A stretch of 64,000 nucleotides of DNA from an uncultured Rhizobium sp. (GTDB taxonomy: Bacteria; Pseudomonadota; Alphaproteobacteria; Rickettsiales; UBA1997), in the NCBI GenBank assembly GCA_964447395.1, contig CAYUSO010000005.1, positions 30,376 through 94,375 of the forward strand, given 5' to 3'. Below the pieces are notes generated by a model. The model did not search any database and had not been told where the DNA came from. It saw only the letters and a list, made by a program, of their open reading frames with translations. Within the stretch, counting starts at the first letter, position 1; each line of letters starts with the position of its first letter. A program made the position numbers and the translations under genes. Positions 56,961-64,000 of this stretch are shown here, piece after piece.

Positions 56961-57200
56961 GAATTATGAGTGAAGAATTGTGAATTAAGAATTGTGAATT
57001 TTGAGGTTGTGACGGGGTCGCAACTCAGCCCTCCAATGGTAATATCCTATGATTCACAAAGACAGATTCCGAAACAAGTTCGGAATGACATGCTTAAACG
57101 AGATATTGCCCACATCGTCATCCCGAACTTGTTTCGGAATCTGTCTTTTGTGTTTGAAGGGATAATCGCCCATCCAATTCATAATTCTTAATTCTTAATT
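56961..57200. repeat. Family E palindrome whose arms (56961-57002 and 57176-57200) enclose a family A element
   Basis: Left arm gaattatgagtgaagaattgtgaattaagaattgtgaatttt and right arm aattcataattcttaattcttaatt, with the A element (57055-57152) nested between them. Confidence 0.7.
57055..57152. repeat. Family A inverted pair
   Basis: cacaaagacagattccgaaacaagttcggaatgac ... gtcatcccgaacttgtttcggaatctgtcttttgtg. The right arm overlaps the 3' end of the alaS C-fragment. Confidence 0.85.
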
Positions 57201-58893
57201 TTAACTCTTTAATCGCTTGCGGAATCGCATCTCTACTAACTCCACCACCCATTGCGAAATCTTTTTTTCCGCCGCCGCTGCCAATTGCAGCGCTAAGCAA
57301 TTTTGTTGAATCAAATTTTTCAAGCAGATCTGAGGTGATTGCAACGCAAGCCGAAACTTTATCATCTTTGCACGCGAAGATTGCAAAAATATGAGACGAA
57401 GAAAATTCGGCACGAGTTTTGATTTCATTGACAATGTCGCGAATGTCTTTTGCTTCAGCATCTTCAAAAACATGGGCGAGAAGGCTTGCGGCACCAAGAT
57501 TTTCTGATTTAAGACCATCTAAATTTTTAAGGAGCATTTGTTTTTTGAGTTGCTCAAGTTCTTTGTTTTTTTGTTTTTGTGCCGCGGCTTCTTGTTCGGC
57601 TGCGAGTTTTTTATTTTCATTTTTTTGCCATTCATCAACTGCGTTGCAGCCAGTGATCGCTTCGACTCTTCTGATTCCAGCCGCGACACTTTTTTCAGAA
57701 ATAATTTTAAAAATTTCAATTTCGGCGGTGTTTTTAACGTGAGTTCCGCCGCATAATTCAACAGAATTTCCCATTTTTACGACACGAACTTCAGCGTCAT
57801 ATTTTTCACCAAAAAGTGCTTCAGCGCCACTTTCGCGAGCCGCGTCTAAAGCCATTAAATTCGTGTTTACAGCGGAAGATTTTTTGATGTTTTCATTGAC
57901 TAAATTTTCAACTTTTTTGATTTCTTCCGCAGTCATCGCGCGATTGAAATTGAAATCAAAAGTGAAGCATTTGGCATCGACATTCGAGCCTTTTTGTGAG
58001 ATGGAATTTCCCAAAATTTCTTTGAGAGCTTTGTGCATTAAGTGAGTCGCGGAATGGTTAGCAGCGCGCATCGCGCGGGTTTTTGGATTTACTATTGCCT
58101 CAACTTCGTCACCGGTTTTTAGATTGCATTTTTGATTAGAAAAAAAATGTACAAACAAACCGCCAGCAAATTTTTTTGTTTCGGAAATTTCAACATCGCC
58201 AATTTTTCCATCATCGCCGCGCTGACCGCCAGAAGTGGCGTAGAATGGGGTTTGGTTGAGGATTATTCCATTTTCCAAAATCGCCAAAACCTTCGCTTTC
58301 GCACTTAAATTTTCGTATCCCAAAAATTTTGTTTCGCCGAATTTTTCCTTCAAATCGAAAAATATTTTTTCTTCTGCAACCTCTCCCGAGCCTTTCCAAT
58401 TGGCCTTGGCGCGCTCGCGCTGTGATTCCATTTCGCGATTAAATTCTTCCAGATCAACCTCGAAATTTTTTTCTTTGAGGATGTCTTGCGTGAGATCAAG
58501 TGGGAAGCCGTAGGTGTCGTAAAGCTTGAAGGCGAGGGCGCCGGAGAATTTGTTATTTTTTGTTTTGGCGATTTCCTCTTCCAAAATCTTCAAACCTTTC
58601 TCCAAAGTTTCGCGGAATTTTTCTTCTTCGGTTTTTAGTGTTTCGATGATAGTGGCGCGCGCCCTTGATAGTTCTGGGTAGGCAGCTCCCATTTCTTTGA
58701 TTAAAGCATCAACAAGTTTATACATCGAAGCCTCGCGAGCCCCGAGTTTGTGGAGTTGACGCATGCCACGGCGCATAATTCTGCGCAAAACATAACCGCG
58801 TCCTTCATTGCTTGGAAGTGCGCCGTCAGCGATTAGAAAGCATGAAGATCGCAGGTGATCGGCGATGATTTTTAGTTCAGGTTGAATCGACAT
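57118..58893 (-). CDS. alaS: Alanyl-tRNA synthetase, C-terminal fragment (rest of the aminoacylation/tRNA-recognition region, editing domain and C-Ala domain)
   Basis: Starts MSIQPELKIIADHLRSSCFLIADGALPSNEGRGYVLRRIMRR. Editing motifs NHSATHLMHKAL and ELCGGTHV, and C-Ala GGGKKDFAMGGG. The last roughly 25 codons are repeat-derived. Confidence 0.9.
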   Translation of the reverse strand: MSIQPELKIIADHLRSSCFLIADGALPSNEGRGYVLRRIMRRGMRQLHKLGAREASMYKLVDALIKEMGAAYPELSRARATIIETLKTEEEKFRETLEKGLKILEEEIAKTKNNKFSGALAFKLYDTYGFPLDLTQDILKEKNFEVDLEEFNREMESQRERAKANWKGSGEVAEEKIFFDLKEKFGETKFLGYENLSAKAKVLAILENGIILNQTPFYATSGGQRGDDGKIGDVEISETKKFAGGLFVHFFSNQKCNLKTGDEVEAIVNPKTRAMRAANHSATHLMHKALKEILGNSISQKGSNVDAKCFTFDFNFNRAMTAEEIKKVENLVNENIKKSSAVNTNLMALDAARESGAEALFGEKYDAEVRVVKMGNSVELCGGTHVKNTAEIEIFKIISEKSVAAGIRRVEAITGCNAVDEWQKNENKKLAAEQEAAAQKQKNKELEQLKKQMLLKNLDGLKSENLGAASLLAHVFEDAEAKDIRDIVNEIKTRAEFSSSHIFAIFACKDDKVSACVAITSDLLEKFDSTKLLSAAIGSGGGKKDFAMGGGVSRDAIPQAIKELKLRIKNYELDGRLSLQTQKTDSETSSG

Positions 58894-58896
58894 TTT

Positions 58897-60642
58897 TTAA
58901 TTTACTAAGTGAATTGCGACTTCCAGCGCCGGTCTTTTTCCCATCAAATCTTCAAAGATTTTGAGTAATTTTGAGCGCAAAGATTTTTCGATTTCTCCAA
59001 GAATTTTTGTTTCGCTAAGTTTTTTCTTTTTCTGTTTTTTCTTCAAAAATCTCATGCCGAAACCGTCATTTAAATTCAATTCGCGCGCCTTGTTTTTGAG
59101 GAAAATTTGAATTTCTTTTTTGATCATTTCTTCGGCTTCGTGATCGTTTTTTAAATCATAGGAGCCGATAGCAATGACGCGGATCTTCGACATTAAACCT
59201 AGAGAATCATTCACTGCTAAAGAAATCGAAATTATGCCGGCAAATTGTAGCTTTTTACGTTCGCGAATTATTTCGCCTTCGAGGTTCAAAAGTTGTCTGC
59301 CGTCAACGCCGAAATAGCCGCTTTTTACGAAGCCGATTTTTTCAGAATTATGCGGATTTTCGGCGTCGATTTTAACCGCCAAACCATTTTCGATTTGGAT
59401 TACGCGCGGCACGCCGCATTCGCTAGCAAGTTCAGCGTGAGTTTTGGTGTGCAGAAATTCGCCGTGAACTGGAATGGCGATTTTTGGGCGAGCTAAAGCA
59501 TAAATTTCGCGCAATTCATCTTGTGAAGGATGGCCAGAGACGTGGACGAAATGATCTTTTTCCGTCATCACGTCGATTTGTTTTTTGGCTAATTCGTCGA
59601 AAAGTTCGAAGATTTTTTTCTCATTTCCGGGAATTATTTTTGACGAAAAAATCATCAAATCGCCTTTGGTAAAACGAATTGTTGGATGGTTATCAGTAGC
59701 GATTTTGCGCGTGCCAGCATTAGGTTCGCCTTGGCAGCCGGTTGAAATTACCAGCACTTCTTTTTTGTCGTAAAACTTCATTTCGCGATCAGAAATGAAT
59801 GGAAAATCTTCCACAAAATATCCGCTTTTTTTCCCGACTTCGTGAAGGCGATGTAGCGAAAATCCGGCTAGAACAATCTTGCGACCTACGTCCCGAGCGA
59901 TTCTAGAGATGGTGTGAATGCGTGCGATGTTTGAAGCGAAAGTGGTGACGCCGACTAATCCACTGCGGCCGACGATCAAACTTTTTAGCGAATCGTAAAG
60001 TTCGCCTTCTGAACGTGAATGGCCTTCGGATAGCGCGTTTGTTGAGTCGCAGACCATGACATCAATTTCGCCGCGATCACCATAAGCACGAATCTTTTCT
60101 TTTTCTGAAGCTTCGCCGATTACGGGATCTGGATCGAATTTCCAGTCTCCAGTGTGGAGAACATTGCCTTTGTGAGTTTTGATCATCAGCGCTTTCATCT
60201 CAGGAACCGAGTGAGTGAGGCCGATAAATTCGATTTTGAACGGTTTTAAATCTAACTCGCGCGAGCCATCAATGACGTGAATCGGCACGGTTTTATCCAA
60301 CTTAAATTCTGCGAGTTTCGTCTTCAAAAAATTGGCGCCGAAATTGGTGGCATAAACCGGAACTTGTAATTCTTCCCAAAGATACTGCACCGCGCCCATG
60401 TGGTCTTCGTGAATGTGTGTGAGCACGATTCCAACCAGATTTTTGCGATGCGCTTTGATGAAAGAAATGTCAGGCGTCATCATGTCAACGCCAGGAATGT
60501 CGTAAGCAAAACCAACGCCGCAATCAACCATCAGCCACTTGCCATCGAGGTGATAGAGATTGAGATTCATCCCGATTTCATTAGCGCCGCCGAGTGGGAG
60601 GAAGAAGAAGTCGGAGTAATGTTTTTTTAAGTTTAGATCCAT
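58897..60642 (-). CDS. rnj: Ribonuclease J (metallo-beta-lactamase/beta-CASP)
   Basis: LTHIHEDHMG (HxHxDH), beta-CASP motifs (VMVCDSTNA, VHVSGH), 581 aa. Confidence 0.85.
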   Translation of the reverse strand: MDLNLKKHYSDFFFLPLGGANEIGMNLNLYHLDGKWLMVDCGVGFAYDIPGVDMMTPDISFIKAHRKNLVGIVLTHIHEDHMGAVQYLWEELQVPVYATNFGANFLKTKLAEFKLDKTVPIHVIDGSRELDLKPFKIEFIGLTHSVPEMKALMIKTHKGNVLHTGDWKFDPDPVIGEASEKEKIRAYGDRGEIDVMVCDSTNALSEGHSRSEGELYDSLKSLIVGRSGLVGVTTFASNIARIHTISRIARDVGRKIVLAGFSLHRLHEVGKKSGYFVEDFPFISDREMKFYDKKEVLVISTGCQGEPNAGTRKIATDNHPTIRFTKGDLMIFSSKIIPGNEKKIFELFDELAKKQIDVMTEKDHFVHVSGHPSQDELREIYALARPKIAIPVHGEFLHTKTHAELASECGVPRVIQIENGLAVKIDAENPHNSEKIGFVKSGYFGVDGRQLLNLEGEIIRERKKLQFAGIISISLAVNDSLGLMSKIRVIAIGSYDLKNDHEAEEMIKKEIQIFLKNKARELNLNDGFGMRFLKKKQKKKKLSETKILGEIEKSLRSKLLKIFEDLMGKRPALEVAIHLVN

Positions 60643-60647
60643 TTTGC

Positions 60648-61430
60648 TTAGTTCGAGTTTTGATAAATTATGCGAAGCCCTTCAAGAGTAAGATCGGGCT
60701 CGTAATGCTCTACTGAATTTTTCAGAGCATCTTTGAAAATTTCAGCGAGGCCGCCGGTGATTATTCTCGTTGTTTTTGTTTCAAGTTCTTTTTCGATTTT
60801 TTGAATCATGCCTTCGATGAGAGAGATGTATCCGAAGTAAACCCCCGAATTCATTGCTTCAATCGTGCTTTTTCCGATGACATTTTTTTGCGGTTTCACC
60901 GAAATTTTTGGCAATTGTGCCGTCATATCGTGAAGTGCTTTTAGCGAAAGATTGATTCCAGGAGCAATTACGCCACCTAAATATTCGCCGCTTTTTCCGA
61001 CAATATCGAAAGTGGTTGCTGTGCCAAAATCGATGATAATGAGATTGCCACCGAACTTAGAAAATCCTGCGATAGCGTTGATTATACGATCATGCCCAAC
61101 TTCATTTTTATTTTTGATTTTTATGTCGATATCAAGATGAGTTTTTTCATCGCCGATTATGACAATTTTTTTTGCTACCTCTGCGGGAAGAAATTTTTTT
61201 ACCGCTTCGTTGATGCGATTGGTTAGGGTTGGCACAACTGATCCAATGACGCAGCCGCTAATCTCGTGAGCATCAACTTTGTCGGTGAGAAAGAGTTCGA
61301 TAATGTCGATTGCATAATCATCGTCGGATTTTTTTGTGCTGCTCGGCAAGCGCCATTTCCGCGTCAATTTCTCGCCATCAAAGAGTCCGATGGTGATGTT
61401 GGTATTGCCGATGTCGAAGGTTAGGAGCAT
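60648..61430 (-). CDS. coaX: Type III pantothenate kinase
   Basis: LLTFDIGNTNITIGLF and IIIDFGTATTFD, 260 aa. Confidence 0.9.
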   Translation of the reverse strand: MLLTFDIGNTNITIGLFDGEKLTRKWRLPSSTKKSDDDYAIDIIELFLTDKVDAHEISGCVIGSVVPTLTNRINEAVKKFLPAEVAKKIVIIGDEKTHLDIDIKIKNKNEVGHDRIINAIAGFSKFGGNLIIIDFGTATTFDIVGKSGEYLGGVIAPGINLSLKALHDMTAQLPKISVKPQKNVIGKSTIEAMNSGVYFGYISLIEGMIQKIEKELETKTTRIITGGLAEIFKDALKNSVEHYEPDLTLEGLRIIYQNSN

Positions 61431-61438
61431 ATTTTTGT

Positions 61439-61504
61439 AGGTCCCCGAGCGGAGTCGAGGGGTCTCGAGTTTGTTTTTTGGCCCCTCGACTCCGCTCGGG
61501 GAGC
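61439..61504. repeat. Family B palindrome
   Basis: aggtccccgagcggagtcgaggggtctcgagtttgttttttggcccctcgactccgctcggggagc, between the aminotransferase gene and coaX. Confidence 0.9.
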
Positions 61505-61511
61505 AAGCTTG

Positions 61512-62870
<1,359 letters not shown>

Positions 62871-62942
62871 GTTTGACTTTTTTAAAGGCGGCGCGTTTTA
62901 TGCGCGGCCTTGCGCGTTGTCAATCATCATTCTTTTTCACAA

Positions 62943-63239
62943 ATGTCAGGAACAGTTGGAACCGATCCGCTATTTTTAGGTTTAACCAGACCTCCGATGT
63001 TGCTCGGCGTGAGCTACACTTTTGCAGCGCTAAACGGAATTTGTTCGCTTCTTGCTTTCGTCATCACCAACCAGTTTTTTTATCTTTTAGTTTTGCTTCC
63101 CGGTTTGCACATGGTGGCTTGGTTCATCTGTTTGAAAGAGCCGCGAGCAATTGAACTTTTCATCGCCCGCATGTCAAAATGCAATGTTTGCCGCAATCGC
63201 TATTATCACAGCGGGACAAATTCCTACGATGTATATTAA
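62943..63239 (+). CDS. virB3: Type IV secretion system protein VirB3
   Basis: Start revised to MSGTVGTDPLFLGLTRPPMLLGVSYTF. It has the VirB3 hallmark (D)PLFxGLTRP..GV followed by hydrophobic helices. 98 aa. Confidence 0.7.
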   Translation: MSGTVGTDPLFLGLTRPPMLLGVSYTFAALNGICSLLAFVITNQFFYLLVLLPGLHMVAWFICLKEPRAIELFIARMSKCNVCRNRYYHSGTNSYDVY

Positions 63240-63323
63240 ATTCGAACTGCGTTCGAATTTAGAAAAATTTGAGTTGCTGCGCGCAGAGTGAATCTGCGCC
63301 TCCGCAACAGTTTTAGTTTTATG

Positions 63324-63352
63324 ATCGGATGAAAATTCATCCGATTTTTTTG
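63324..63352 (+). terminator. Rho-independent terminator downstream of virB3
   Basis: Hairpin ATCGGATG-AAAATT-CATCCGAT followed by a T-run (tttttttgttttt). Confidence 0.6.
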
Positions 63353-63362
63353 TTTTTAAATT

Positions 63363-64000
63363 ATGCATCTTTATCGCACTCACAATTGCTCTGAACTCAA
63401 TAAATCTCAGGTTGGAAAACGTGTAAAACTTTCTGGTTGGGTTCACTCGAAACGTGATCACGGCTCGCTGATTTTTATCGATTTGCGTGATCATTTCGGC
63501 ATCACGCAGCTGGTGATTGATCAGAAAAATACAAAACTGAATCTTGATGAAGTCGCGTCGATCAAACTCGAATCCGTCATCACCGTCAGCGGCGAAGTTT
63601 GCGCGCGGGCTGCGGAGGTGGTGAATCCGAATCTCGCAACTGGCGAAATTGAAGTGCGAATTGACGAATTGCTGATCGAATCCGCCGCCGAGCAAATTCC
63701 ATTCCAAGTAAATTCCGACGAAAATTCCTCCGAAGAATTGCGTTTGAAATATCGCTTTCTCGATCTTCGTCGTGACAAGGTTCACAAAAATATTATCTTG
63801 CGCAGCCAAGTGATTTCAAGCATCCGCGAAGAAATGACCAAGCAGGGATTTTTGGAAATTCAAACGCCAATCCTCACCGCATCGAGTCCCGAAGGCGCGC
63901 GCGATTATCTCGTTCCTGCTCGTCTTCACCCGGGGAAATTTTACGCTTTGCCGCAAGCGCCACAGCAGTTCAAACAGCTTTTGATGGTTTCTGGTTTCAA
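63363..64000 (+). CDS. aspS: Aspartyl-tRNA synthetase, N-terminal part (3' end outside window); absent from the ORF track
   Basis: Hand translation gives [51 protein letters not shown]..., then [10 protein letters not shown] and [18 protein letters not shown]. The frame is open to the window end. Confidence 0.92.
   Translation, partial: MHLYRTHNCSELNKSQVGKRVKLSGWVHSKRDHGSLIFIDLRDHFGITQLVIDQKNTKLNLDEVASIKLESVITVSGEVCARAAEVVNPNLATGEIEVRIDELLIESAAEQIPFQVNSDENSSEELRLKYRFLDLRRDKVHKNIILRSQVISSIREEMTKQGFLEIQTPILTASSPEGARDYLVPARLHPGKFYALPQAPQQFKQLLMVSGF

Noticed and set aside
63174-63809. 211-aa minus-strand ORF.
   Set aside because: It is antisense to the clearly recognisable aspS reading frame (63363 onward) and has no recognisable motifs, so it is a shadow ORF.

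Overview
This is a compact, AT-rich chromosomal segment from a Gram-negative bacterium. The gene content points to an alphaproteobacterium, probably a Rickettsiales- or Holosporales-like intracellular lineage: RpoH, class I LysRS, a CobT-like vWA protein, VirB3, RNase J, LptA/LptB, BamD and KdsA. This taxonomic call is an inference only.

About 65 coding regions are supported, almost all housekeeping. They include gyrB (3' part), bioF, ribBA-ribE, rpoH, gcvPA/PB, hisA, the rpsB-tsf-pyrH-frr-uppS-cdsA block, thiG, argH, mutM, queH, mtaB, lysK, trpS, nadA, pth, gcvTH, secG, kdsA, bioA, bamD, hisD, lptAB, nhaA, glmM, rnj, coaX and aspS (5' part). The window also carries one tRNA-Gly(GCC) and an RNase P RNA that the ORF track hides under a spurious ORF. 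Many genes overlap by 1-4 nt.

I found no CRISPR array, transposase, prophage or recognisable multi-gene defence island.

The most unusual observations are:
1. alaS is split into two intact ORFs about 21.8 kb apart, in permuted order on the same strand, with no intein.
2. At least six families of palindromic hairpin repeats are present (about 19 copies). Two copies lie in-frame inside bioF and mtaB, like Rickettsia palindromic elements. Others supply the C-terminal codons and stop codon of two unrelated genes.
3. A 604-aa orphan protein carries a class I SAM-methyltransferase core and sits in a genome that also has an orphan, self-terminated virB3.
4. A GIY-YIG gene is frameshifted in an A6 run and is bracketed by hairpin repeats.

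All coordinates of RNAs, repeats and revised starts were derived by hand and may be off by a few nt. No database search or statistics could be run.
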